From: Candidatus Thorarchaeota archaeon
GTDB lineage: Archaea; Asgardarchaeota; Thorarchaeia; Thorarchaeales; Thorarchaeaceae
NCBI GenBank assembly: GCA_003662765.1
Contig: QMYR01000001.1
Coordinates: 1 to 63,079, forward strand
Direction: 5' to 3'
DNA: 63,079 nucleotides
The translations under genes and the position numbers were made by a program. This document shows positions 47,409 through 56,727 of the stretch, in pieces. Every line of letters starts with the position of its first letter. The stretch's first letter is position 1. Below the pieces are notes generated by a model. The model did not search any database. It had not been told where the DNA came from and saw nothing but the letters and a program-made list of their open reading frames with translations.

Positions 47409-50297
47409 TCATAGGTTCCTTAGCACCCTTGCAGAATCCACAGCTGACGCTCTGCGCGCAGGAAAATAGCAGCTGCCCAACATGACGATGCTCTCAGCCC
47501 CAACAATGATCCCCATGATGAATAGCGGGAAGGACAACACTTCTCCAAGAATCGGAGAGAACGGAGATATGCCGAAGGTGAGCAGGCTCATCGAGTAGCC
47601 AAAGATGAGGCCCAGTATCACGCTGATGGCGATAGATGCCACAACCGTACCTGTGAACTCCCCGAATACCATGGATACAACTTGGCGCTTTGTTCCCCCA
47701 AGCGCCCGAAACACAGCATACTCAATGGCACGCTCGAGAACTGCTGAACCCAAGAATAGAGCAATTGCCGAGAGCCCCATCGCGGCACACAGGACGAATG
47801 AGATGACTGTGAGACCATTGATTCCTGACAGGAACAACTGAATCGCAAACGACTCTTGGGCTAGGTTGAAGGTTGCGGGACTGTAGAGGTCAAATTGGCC
47901 GAGTGACTCTATTGACTCGATGGTCTGAGTCATGTTGGCAAAGCTGACTGTGTCTATCAAGAACATCTTTGCCGTGTCGAGATAACCTTGGTTGTAGAGA
48001 AGGTCTATGTTCACTAGAGCGAAACCCTCACCCATAACTTGGAACCCCAGCTGTGAGCCAAAGGATGGACCTGGTAGCTCCTTTGTAGATGCCATCCCGA
48101 ATCCCGGTGCGCTACGCATGATACCTACAATCTGTAGCGGCATTGTACGCGTGAAGTTCAACGCAGCAAACGAAACTGTCACAGAGTCGCCAACCGTCTT
48201 GTTCCATAGCCGCGAGTAGTATTCGCTGATTATGATACCATCGGGTGTGCTCGCAAGAGCAGACAGTACCGACTCTGGATCTCCAGACACGAAAGTGTCA
48301 TCAGTGAAGAAACCCACACCTGCATATTCTTCGGGGTTGACTCCCTCCAAGAAGAAGCTGTTTGATCCCACCTGTGCAGTGGTTTCCACTACCGGAGTCA
48401 CTCGAAACACACCCGGTTGACGCAGAATGGACTTGTTGAGTGTGATTGGGAGGTCGTTACCTTCAATCCGAATGTCCGCGCCGATTGAATACTTGACCTC
48501 GTTCTGCACAGTCGCCTCAAAACTGGAGGACTGGACAATCATCATAGTCGTCGTAGTGAGCGTCAATGTGAGAATTACAAGGAGTGGGATGAACTGCGCC
48601 TTCCTCTTGCTCAGGCTCCGACTCAAGTAGAGGGCCTTCTCTCCAAGGATGAAACTTGTTCCCCCAGACAGGCGAGCCGTGACATGGCGCATCGCCTTAG
48701 AGCCGAGATATGAGGCCGCAAAGAGAAGCAGTGTCGCAGCAAGAATCTCTGCCACCGCAACGCCGCCCTTGGGGGCAACTATCATTGGCATGACCAACAG
48801 AAAAGCCAAGACGGCCGTCAGACCGACAGCATAACGCATGATGCTGGTTTCTTCCGTTTCTTCGTCAAGGACATTCACCGTGGGCTGTCCAATCTCAGAA
48901 ACATCAATCCTTCTGGCAACATGAAGAAGGTACGAGGCGGGGAGATACATGGAGATAGCAGCTGCGATGACCAGTGCCAATGGTGGAATGTATAGATTGG
49001 ATGCATACCTGAAATACAGATCCCAGTCAAAGACAAAGAAACCCACCGTTGACCCGACAAGCGGTGCCATTACCAGCGCCAGCAATATGCCGAATAGGAG
49101 TCCTGCAAGCGCAAGGATTACTGACTCCCACATGAACGTAGCAAAGACTTGGTTGAAAGACGCTCCCTTTGCTCTGAGAGCACTTATCTCGCCCTTGCGC
49201 CGTGAGATTGAGGTTTCAGACGTGAAGACTGTGAGCATGAGGCTCATGATCATCACGGGAAAGACAATCACCGTGAGAACCTGGCTCTGAAGGTACGTAG
49301 AAATCGCAGCATCCAGTTTCCAAATCTCCGACAACCCCTTGATTGTCAGGCGAGGGTATGCCTCGTCCAGCTGATCCTGAACTGCGACAAGGTTGCTCGC
49401 TATGTTCTCTGCACCACTCGCGAGAAGGTTGGCCTTCGAGCCTCTCAAGAACACAACGGGCTCAAAGTACCCTGTGTCACGAACTGCAACCAGATGTGGG
49501 GACGAGATATCAGACTGGAGTATCATTATTGAGTCAGAGAGTCCAAGAACAGAATCTCTCGTGAGAGAAAACTCGTCCCAGTTCTTCCGGGATATGGAGG
49601 GAAATGCTGTGTCAAGCAGGGTTCGAGTTGTCTTGGGCGAGTAGATACCAGCCACAACCATGTTGCTGACACGAAAGTCGCCACCGGTACCACCGTGAGC
49701 ACTGTAGGTCAGTACATCGAAGCTAATGGCGCTGCCAACTTGGATGTCGATACCGTGGACTTGACGTGTGTAGTTGACAAACATCTCTGAAACGAGAACT
49801 TCCCCGTGATGGAGAGTCGATTCCCCAGTCCAGTCAAGAAGAGAGGACGCATTAGTGACAAAGTCGCTTGTGACAACTAAGACGCGCATGTCCTTGATGC
49901 CGTCGCGGTAGTTTACCCCGTACATATTGTAGCTGCTCCAACTGGAGCCCGGCACAGCAAGAATCCCGACAGTTGATAATACGAGATGAGTACTCTCGAT
50001 GTACGGGTTGGAGAGGGCTGTTTCAGTGGCATCCGCAAGATGAGCGGAGATGTACGTATACGTGCTCATCGGAGTCATGTACATCTGAAAGGGCGTGTCT
50101 TCGAAGTAGCTATCCAGCACCATGATGGTACCTGTTGAGGACCATGCAAAAACAGTAGTGGGCAGAGCAATGCCAATAGCGAGAACAATGGCAATGCCCA
50201 TATTGCGTACCCGGTAGTTTCTCAGGGAGCTCAGGGCATAGGATATCGCCCAATAAGGGTTGCCCTTCAGGATTGCGTGTCGCTCTGGCTTGACCAT
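47409..50297 (-). CDS. large double-module FtsX-family ABC permease (MacB-like), paralog 1
   Basis: 962 aa with two (1 TM + large ectodomain + 3 TM) modules. FtsX-like segments ISALRAKGASFNQVF and AVFRALGGTKRQVVSMVF. Confidence 0.85.
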   Translation of the reverse strand: MVKPERHAILKGNPYWAISYALSSLRNYRVRNMGIAIVLAIGIALPTTVFAWSSTGTIMVLDSYFEDTPFQMYMTPMSTYTYISAHLADATETALSNPYIESTHLVLSTVGILAVPGSSWSSYNMYGVNYRDGIKDMRVLVVTSDFVTNASSLLDWTGESTLHHGEVLVSEMFVNYTRQVHGIDIQVGSAISFDVLTYSAHGGTGGDFRVSNMVVAGIYSPKTTRTLLDTAFPSISRKNWDEFSLTRDSVLGLSDSIMILQSDISSPHLVAVRDTGYFEPVVFLRGSKANLLASGAENIASNLVAVQDQLDEAYPRLTIKGLSEIWKLDAAISTYLQSQVLTVIVFPVMIMSLMLTVFTSETSISRRKGEISALRAKGASFNQVFATFMWESVILALAGLLFGILLALVMAPLVGSTVGFFVFDWDLYFRYASNLYIPPLALVIAAAISMYLPASYLLHVARRIDVSEIGQPTVNVLDEETEETSIMRYAVGLTAVLAFLLVMPMIVAPKGGVAVAEILAATLLLFAASYLGSKAMRHVTARLSGGTSFILGEKALYLSRSLSKRKAQFIPLLVILTLTLTTTTMMIVQSSSFEATVQNEVKYSIGADIRIEGNDLPITLNKSILRQPGVFRVTPVVETTAQVGSNSFFLEGVNPEEYAGVGFFTDDTFVSGDPESVLSALASTPDGIIISEYYSRLWNKTVGDSVTVSFAALNFTRTMPLQIVGIMRSAPGFGMASTKELPGPSFGSQLGFQVMGEGFALVNIDLLYNQGYLDTAKMFLIDTVSFANMTQTIESIESLGQFDLYSPATFNLAQESFAIQLFLSGINGLTVISFVLCAAMGLSAIALFLGSAVLERAIEYAVFRALGGTKRQVVSMVFGEFTGTVVASIAISVILGLIFGYSMSLLTFGISPFSPILGEVLSFPLFIMGIIVGAESIVMLGSCYFPARRASAVDSARVLRNL

Positions 50298-50306
50298 CGT
50301 ACATCC

Positions 50307-53189
50307 TCACAGGTTTCTTAGTACAATAGCGGGATTTGTCTTGGCGGCCTCTTTTGCCGGGAGATATGATCCCCCAATCATGGCAATCATCTCAAGAATG
50401 ACCACTACTGTGAGAAAGCCTACTGGCACTGAGATAACAGGTGGGGTCAGTCTTGAGAAGGGGCTCATGGAGAACACCACGATACTCATCGTGTAACCAA
50501 AGATCGTCCCGAGGATCAGACTCAATGCGAGTGAGGCCAAGACCACGCCCGTGAACTCGGAGAGAACCGTCCTAATCAGCTGTCGTCTAGATGACCCAAC
50601 TGCACGAAGGATTGCGTAGTCTCTTCTGCGCTCTCTCACAATCGATCCCAAGAAGAGAGTCAATGAGAATATGCTGAGCAGAAGTGACATCGCGAAGCCT
50701 ATGGAGAATAGTCCCTCAATCGTGCTCAGGAACAGTGCGGTACCAAAGGAGTGACGTGCCAAGTCGAAACGCTCTGGAGTTGTTGCGGACACGCCCGGCA
50801 AGTCACTCAGAGCACGAATGAGAAGGTCCTGATCAGTGATGCAGACCAGATTGGCAAGAAACAGGCGCGCAATAGTGATGCCAGTCTGCTTGGAAACATA
50901 GTCGACGTTAGCAATACCGAAGCCCGTGTATCGTGCCTGAAAGCCGAAGGCGGCGCCCAGTGCTGATTGGGGAATGTCCTCAGTTGAGGCATAGCCGAAA
51001 CCGGGGGCCGTGTAGACGATACCAACTATCTTGAAACTCACAGTCACAGGAGCAAGACGACCACCAACCTCAATGTTGATTGTGTCACCCACAGTCTTGT
51101 TCCACCGACTCGCATGATACTGACTCAGCAAGATTCCGTTCTCAACCGATGCTAGCTCTCTCAAGATCGTCTTGGGCTCTTCGCCATTGAAACTGGTAGG
51201 GTCAAAGTGTGCAATCTTGAGGTACATCAAGGGATCAAGGGCCTCTATGGTGATTCGTGTCTGTCCCACTGCGCCCCATGTCTGAAGAATTGGCATGGCC
51301 TCGTCAACACCCGGATAGGCCTCGATGGTGTTGGCAAACTCAAAAGGCCGGCCCGTCGTGCTCACGCGGAGGTCTGAGCCAATGGCATAGCGCACTTCTT
51401 TCTCAAGATCCGTCTGGAATGAGTGGGCCTGAACTGAGAAGGCCACTGTTGATGAGAGAGTCAGTGCCAAGACCACCATCAATGGGACAATTCGACCCTT
51501 TCGCATCTTGAGATTTCCAGCAGCGATGAGATTCTTCTCCCCGAGGATGAAAGAGAGCTTTGATGTCAGCCTCGCGAAGCCCACACGACTCACCCGTGAA
51601 CCATTGTAGGCCAAGAAGAACCACGAGGCCGTCCCCAAGCCCAGCTCAAGTGACACGAGGACGGGATGCGGCGGGAAGAAGAGGGCGGAAACAACGACCA
51701 TGATGAGGAGAACTATTGAGATTCCCAACGTGAAGCGGTGGGCCTCACGTTCCTCAGAGACCGGCTCTGCGGTTTCAACAAGCATGGAGCCAATCTCAGT
51801 ACGGGTTGCATGTCTTGCCGCATTAAGGATGAAGAGCAGCGGCGGAACAATGCAAATCAAGACCGAGAGGAAGACGGACTGTGGCTTTAGAACGGTATTC
51901 TCAAGGTAGAACTGGTAGGTATTCCAATCAAACTTGAGAAACGCGACTGTTGATGGAATGAGAGCAGCAAACAGAATACTCAGGAGTATGCCCAAGACGA
52001 TGCTGACGGCTGCCATAACAATCGTTTCAGAGATGAAGATACCATAGATCTGTGTGGAACTTGCACCTTTTGAGCGGAGAGCGCTCACCTCAGTCTTCCT
52101 CGCGGCCATGAACGTATCAGCCGCGAATACCGAGAGAAAGAGGGCGAGAATGAACAGCGGCAGATTCAGGGAGATGAGCGACATGGTATTGATGTAGGTG
52201 TCAACAATGCCCTGAAGATACCGGACCTGCTCGGCACCAAGAACTGTCACACCAAACTGCTCTTCCATTCGGGACTTCAACGTGAGAAGATTGTCCGCGA
52301 TGTGGTCTGGCCCCGCTTCGACCAGACCAGTTGACAGGGCTCGGACAAAGACCTGTGGGGTGAAGAATGGGTTATCACTGATTGTTGATAGGTCAACCGA
52401 GTCTGACAGCACCATCACACTGTCGCGAATTCCGAGTACGGGGGTGTCATAATGAACATAGTCATAGTTTGACCGAAGCATCGAAGGAAATGCCTGTTCA
52501 ATCAACGAACCGTAGCCTTCCACCTCGTATATGCCAACAATCCTGAGAGAACGCAGGCTCTGTCGTCCGAGCTCACCAATCGGAGCAGTTTGGGCAGTAG
52601 GTGACCTCATCAGGAGCTCGATATCGACTGTGGAGTTTAGAGTCAGGATTGTGCCGAAGACCTCGTGCACATAGTTGACGAACTGAGTCGACACAAGGAT
52701 CTCCCCCGGTTGAAGCGAGAAATGGCCCTCAACCGTGAAGTCCCTAGCGGTCAGATTAAGAAACCGGTCGTCTACGAAGATGACTTGGCAGTCTTTCAGA
52801 CCGTTCGAGTAGACATAGCTATCAATGCCATATTCGATGTCATCAGGGAGCTCTGTGCCGTAGACAAGACCGACAGTCGAGTTCACAAGATACGTCTGCT
52901 CAACAAAGGGACTCTGCCGTGCGAACTGTTCGGCCTGAATCAATGCGTCGGTGGCATGCGGAGAAGTCTGGATAAGCATTTGAAACGCATTCTCATCAAA
53001 GTAGGTGTTAACACTCACCTGCACACCCGTATCAGCCCATATCAGCACAGAGCCCACCAAGGAAACTCCAAGACTGAGGGTTATGGCGAGACTAAGCGCA
53101 CGAAACGGGTATGCACGCATGGATCCCAGAGCGTAGGACAATGCGTACAGCCTGTTGCCTTGCCCCCTGTCGCGTCTGGCCCTGGACAA
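50307..53189 (-). CDS. large double-module FtsX-family ABC permease (MacB-like), paralog 2
   Basis: 960 aa, collinear with the neighbouring permease (VSALRSKGASSTQIYG, AILRAVGSSRRQLIRTVL). Confidence 0.85.
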   Translation of the reverse strand: MSRARRDRGQGNRLYALSYALGSMRAYPFRALSLAITLSLGVSLVGSVLIWADTGVQVSVNTYFDENAFQMLIQTSPHATDALIQAEQFARQSPFVEQTYLVNSTVGLVYGTELPDDIEYGIDSYVYSNGLKDCQVIFVDDRFLNLTARDFTVEGHFSLQPGEILVSTQFVNYVHEVFGTILTLNSTVDIELLMRSPTAQTAPIGELGRQSLRSLRIVGIYEVEGYGSLIEQAFPSMLRSNYDYVHYDTPVLGIRDSVMVLSDSVDLSTISDNPFFTPQVFVRALSTGLVEAGPDHIADNLLTLKSRMEEQFGVTVLGAEQVRYLQGIVDTYINTMSLISLNLPLFILALFLSVFAADTFMAARKTEVSALRSKGASSTQIYGIFISETIVMAAVSIVLGILLSILFAALIPSTVAFLKFDWNTYQFYLENTVLKPQSVFLSVLICIVPPLLFILNAARHATRTEIGSMLVETAEPVSEEREAHRFTLGISIVLLIMVVVSALFFPPHPVLVSLELGLGTASWFFLAYNGSRVSRVGFARLTSKLSFILGEKNLIAAGNLKMRKGRIVPLMVVLALTLSSTVAFSVQAHSFQTDLEKEVRYAIGSDLRVSTTGRPFEFANTIEAYPGVDEAMPILQTWGAVGQTRITIEALDPLMYLKIAHFDPTSFNGEEPKTILRELASVENGILLSQYHASRWNKTVGDTINIEVGGRLAPVTVSFKIVGIVYTAPGFGYASTEDIPQSALGAAFGFQARYTGFGIANVDYVSKQTGITIARLFLANLVCITDQDLLIRALSDLPGVSATTPERFDLARHSFGTALFLSTIEGLFSIGFAMSLLLSIFSLTLFLGSIVRERRRDYAILRAVGSSRRQLIRTVLSEFTGVVLASLALSLILGTIFGYTMSIVVFSMSPFSRLTPPVISVPVGFLTVVVILEMIAMIGGSYLPAKEAAKTNPAIVLRNL

Positions 53190-53192
53190 CGC

Positions 53193-53984
53193 TCATCCCT
53201 CTGAAGTGGCTGCCTCTCCGGACTCATCGCTCTGCCGTGCGCTCTCAACATCTACACCGCTGGGTTTGAAGAAGTGACTCACGAGCTCCTCAACCAGCTT
53301 GCCATCTCGCAACAGGAGTATCTTGTCAGCCATCCTCGCGACCTCGGGGTCATGGGTGACAACGAGAACCGCCCGGTTGTGTTCCTTGGCCAAGTCACGC
53401 ATCAGTCGAATGATCTCTCCACCGGTCTTGTGGTCCAAATCACCAGTCGGTTCGTCACATAGCAATACGACGGGGTCATTTGCCATGGCACGCGCGAGAG
53501 CCACCCGTGAACGCATTCCGCCCGAGAGCTCGTGAGGCATATGATGCGCCCTGTGATCCACCCCAACCGCCTTGAGGAGTTCCATTGCCCGCCGCTCACG
53601 CTCCTTGGCGCGAACCTCGTTGAGAAGCATTGGGACCATAACGTTCTCGAGAGCAGTGAATACGGGAAGGAGGTGTTGGTCTTGAAAGAGAATTCCAATC
53701 TTGTTGCGACGCATCTCGGACATTTGCTCGTCGTCGAGCTTCGTGATATCTACACCGTCCACCATGATTGTTCCGCTTGTGGGCCGGTCCAGACCGCCTA
53801 TCAGATTCAGAAGCGTGGTCTTCCCCGAGCCAGAGGCACCCACTATAGCAATGAACTCACCACGCTTCACCACGAGATCCGTTCCGCGAAGAACCTCAAT
53901 GACTCGTGAGCCATCCTGGAAACTGCGATGAACATCCCGGCACAAGACTGCTATATCATCATCGCCTGTTGCGTTCAAGGGCAC
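53193..53984 (-). CDS. ABC ATPase (MacB/LolD-type)
   Basis: GASGSGKTT, LSGGMRSRVALARAM and LLCDEPTGDLD. GTG start. Confidence 0.9.
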   Translation of the reverse strand: MPLNATGDDDIAVLCRDVHRSFQDGSRVIEVLRGTDLVVKRGEFIAIVGASGSGKTTLLNLIGGLDRPTSGTIMVDGVDITKLDDEQMSEMRRNKIGILFQDQHLLPVFTALENVMVPMLLNEVRAKERERRAMELLKAVGVDHRAHHMPHELSGGMRSRVALARAMANDPVVLLCDEPTGDLDHKTGGEIIRLMRDLAKEHNRAVLVVTHDPEVARMADKILLLRDGKLVEELVSHFFKPSGVDVESARQSDESGEAATSEG

Positions 53985-54016
53985 TGTCTCCGCACCGGCT
54001 TCCCCTCTAAGACTGA

Positions 54017-54023
54017 TTTTTAA
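54017..54023. promoter_or_regulatory. AT-rich element (TTTTTAA) in the 112-bp divergent intergenic region
   Basis: The only AT-rich box between the divergent ABC operon (start 53984) and the MobB-like gene (start 54097/54112). Could act as a TATA box for either direction. Confidence 0.3.
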
Positions 54024-54096
54024 GGTTCCTACTGGAGCAACATCATGAGGGACGGTGCACGTGTCCGCTGCGGCGTCCCGTGGCTAAGACACATCA

Positions 54097-54618
54097 TTGA
54101 AGGATTGCCCCATGACTCCCCGCGTATTCGCAGTATCTGGCTATTCGAACTCTGGCAAGACGACTGTGGTAAGAGGCCTAGTTCGAGAGCTAACAGACAG
54201 AGGATATACCGTGGCCACGATTAAGAGTACCAATCAAGATGTACCGCCGCCTAACGGTACCGACACTTGGCACCACTGGAAGGCAGGGGCCGTACAGACC
54301 ACACTGCTCGGGCCGTCAACAACCACAATTAGGTATCGAAGAAGGTGGGATGTGAGAGAGATACTAGAAGGGTGTGACGCAGACTTTGTCATAGTTGAGG
54401 GTATGAAGCATGAGCCAATTCCACGGGTCTGGTGCACTCGCTTGGCAGATCCGACAAAAGAGATGAGTGACATCACGCACATCTTGGCGATTGTGATGCC
54501 AGAGAAGTCGGCCATGAGCATGGGGGCCTCTAGGCTGCCGCGTATCCGTAGGGAAGATATCGATAAGATAGCGGACTTGGTAGAGCAGCACGCAGCTTTG
54601 CTTACGGCACACTCCTGA
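54097..54618 (+). CDS. mobB: MobB-like P-loop NTPase
   Basis: VFAVSGYSNSGKTT, TIKSTNQD, GTDTWHHWKAGA and DFVIVEGMKHEPIPRV follow the MobB layout. Alternative ATG at 54112. Confidence 0.75.
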   Translation: MKDCPMTPRVFAVSGYSNSGKTTVVRGLVRELTDRGYTVATIKSTNQDVPPPNGTDTWHHWKAGAVQTTLLGPSTTTIRYRRRWDVREILEGCDADFVIVEGMKHEPIPRVWCTRLADPTKEMSDITHILAIVMPEKSAMSMGASRLPRIRREDIDKIADLVEQHAALLTAHS

Positions 54619-54669
54619 TGCTGGCGCTCTTCAAAACCTTAATCAAGCACTCGCTTCGCAGCCCGACCC

Positions 54670-56670
54670 ATGACTCGGTCTGGAGACGCTCTGCTTCTAA
54701 TTGCTCTCTATGCAGTCGGACTTCTCACCGGACTGCCCATAATGGCTGGACATCTGCAATACAGCCCTACGCCGAGAGCAGCTCCAGACTCACAGAACGT
54801 CATAAGCACAACAACAGACGCGAACGCCGCCTGGGATGCCATGTACGACGAGGTCAGCCTCACCCGGATTCAGGGCATTGTCAAGAAGCTGGCACAAGAC
54901 TACAGCCAGCGCGTCTGGTACCCTCTTGACAAGGAACCCTCTGACACGCTTAGAGATGCTTGGGAATATGTTGACCTTCAGATGAGGCAGGCGACCGGAA
55001 GCAAGGTCAGCTTCACGAGGTGGACCGACCAAGAAACCCTCGTTGCGGTACTGGACGGAGTGACGAACAACAGTGCGCCGATAATCATAGGGGGAATAGT
55101 TGCATCAAGGTACGGTCCAGGGGCGAACGAGTACGGCGCCTCAGTGGCAGCCGTCATAGAAACTGCGAGGATGTTGTCCAGCCGCCCACTGACAAATGAT
55201 GTGATGTTTGTTCTGTCAAATACAATAACAGGAGGGTACGGTTCAGGTGATACGGGGAACGTAGGCCTACGAGCAGTACTCGACCGTCTACAAGAGGAGG
55301 GAAGAATCCCAGCCGCAATAATCTGGTTCTCGCGCCTCCTGTATTCCACAAGCTCAACACCCGACAATGAGCGGGTTGCAATCGTGTCAGACTACAGCGA
55401 AGAGGACTATCTGTCAGTAGACTTCGCAAGTGACATTGCCGTCAGAGCAGCGACCTACTTCGGAAGAAGAATCATGGTTGCAAGAGATGCAGAAGAGGCC
55501 CACTGGACAAGGACTGGTGCTTTCGAGGGATATAGAAGAGGCATTCCGAGCCTCGTGATCGAACAGTCGGCCACGACGACACCCCATTTCACCGATGATG
55601 ATTGGGATCACAGCGGATACGATTACTATCAAGCTGTAGAGGCTGTGGGGGCAGCCTCGTGTCTGGCTTGGTACTTGGGCAACGAGGGCAAGGGATACGC
55701 AATCACGCTCTCTGGCGGGATATCCCTGTCGAAACACTATACCCGGAATCGAACGCTACCTCTGACAGGAACCTCGACTGTAACGGTTTCGATGAAGTGG
55801 ACAGGGAACACGATTGTAGAGGCGCAGATAGTCTCGCCTGATCTTGAAGTCATACAGACGAGTGTCACCAGTGAGAATAGCCTGAACATAACAGCCTCAG
55901 TCGAGAAACGCGGCAGATACCATCTCGTCGTGATAAACCATGGCAACGAAACCGCGGTCATTGATTACACAATAATCCACTACCAGGACTTTGACATGGA
56001 CTCACTTGACGACCTGACGGAGTACAGGTTTCATTCTGATGCCATCTCGCCAGACACCGATAACGACGGTCTTAATGACGGTCTGGAGTATGCATACGGA
56101 AGCGACCCAAGGAATGTTGATACTGATGGCGATGGTGCACGGGACGGAGCTGAGGTGGATGCTGGCTGTAACCCCTTGGTAGTCGATACGGACGGCGATA
56201 CGTTGTTCGATGGTTACGAACTGTCCCACGGACTAGACCCAACGACCAAGGACACTGACGGGGACGGGTTGGATGACAACATCGAACTAAGTATGAATCT
56301 CGACCCCACGAACGAGGACACAGACGGTGATGGCCTCATCGACTCGCTGGAGGTTAAGTATAACACGGACGGGCTCGATCCCGATACAGATGATGACGGT
56401 CTCAATGATTTGTTTGAAGTAATGAACGGGCTCGACCCCACAAGAGTGGACACGGATGGGGACGGGCTGGAGGACTACTACGAGGTCGAACACGGGTATT
56501 TGCCGTTTAGCAACGATACTGATGGGGACTGGATTCCGGACTCTGTCGACTGGGCACCCGCTGTCCACTGGATATATGATGCACCTTGGATGGGGACACT
56601 GGTCGCTATGGTTATACTGGGACTCTGGCTGCGGCGAAAGAAGAGAGAGTATGACATGGCTGAGGAGTGA
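54670..56670 (+). CDS. membrane-anchored surface protein: degenerate M28-peptidase-like domain, beta-sandwich, nine TSP3-like Ca-binding repeats, C-terminal TM anchor
   Basis: N-terminal anchor LLLIALYAVGLLTGLPIMAG. GANEYGASVAAVIETARML resembles the M28 GADDNASG..LE.AR motif. DTDGDG repeats. C-terminal LVAMVILGLWLRRKKRE. Confidence 0.75.
   Translation: MTRSGDALLLIALYAVGLLTGLPIMAGHLQYSPTPRAAPDSQNVISTTTDANAAWDAMYDEVSLTRIQGIVKKLAQDYSQRVWYPLDKEPSDTLRDAWEYVDLQMRQATGSKVSFTRWTDQETLVAVLDGVTNNSAPIIIGGIVASRYGPGANEYGASVAAVIETARMLSSRPLTNDVMFVLSNTITGGYGSGDTGNVGLRAVLDRLQEEGRIPAAIIWFSRLLYSTSSTPDNERVAIVSDYSEEDYLSVDFASDIAVRAATYFGRRIMVARDAEEAHWTRTGAFEGYRRGIPSLVIEQSATTTPHFTDDDWDHSGYDYYQAVEAVGAASCLAWYLGNEGKGYAITLSGGISLSKHYTRNRTLPLTGTSTVTVSMKWTGNTIVEAQIVSPDLEVIQTSVTSENSLNITASVEKRGRYHLVVINHGNETAVIDYTIIHYQDFDMDSLDDLTEYRFHSDAISPDTDNDGLNDGLEYAYGSDPRNVDTDGDGARDGAEVDAGCNPLVVDTDGDTLFDGYELSHGLDPTTKDTDGDGLDDNIELSMNLDPTNEDTDGDGLIDSLEVKYNTDGLDPDTDDDGLNDLFEVMNGLDPTRVDTDGDGLEDYYEVEHGYLPFSNDTDGDWIPDSVDWAPAVHWIYDAPWMGTLVAMVILGLWLRRKKREYDMAEE
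55993..56553 (+). repeat. nine tandem 22-aa thrombospondin-type-3-like repeats (coding)
   Basis: DMDSLDDLTE, DTDNDGLNDGLE, DTDGDGARDGAE, DTDGDTLFDGYE, DTDGDGLDDNIE, DTDGDGLIDSLE, DTDDDGLNDLFE, DTDGDGLEDYYE, DTDGDWIPDSVD, spaced exactly 22 residues apart. Confidence 0.85.
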
Positions 56671-56727
56671 GGAGGCGGCTGCTTGCTTACGAATGTATTT
56701 AACCCAAAGACCAGTCGCCGTTCGCTC

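Noticed and set aside
54097-54618. MobB as evidence for a molybdenum-cofactor operon.
   Set aside because: No mobA, moaA-E or moeA genes lie in the window. The family call is kept, but the pathway context is not inferred.
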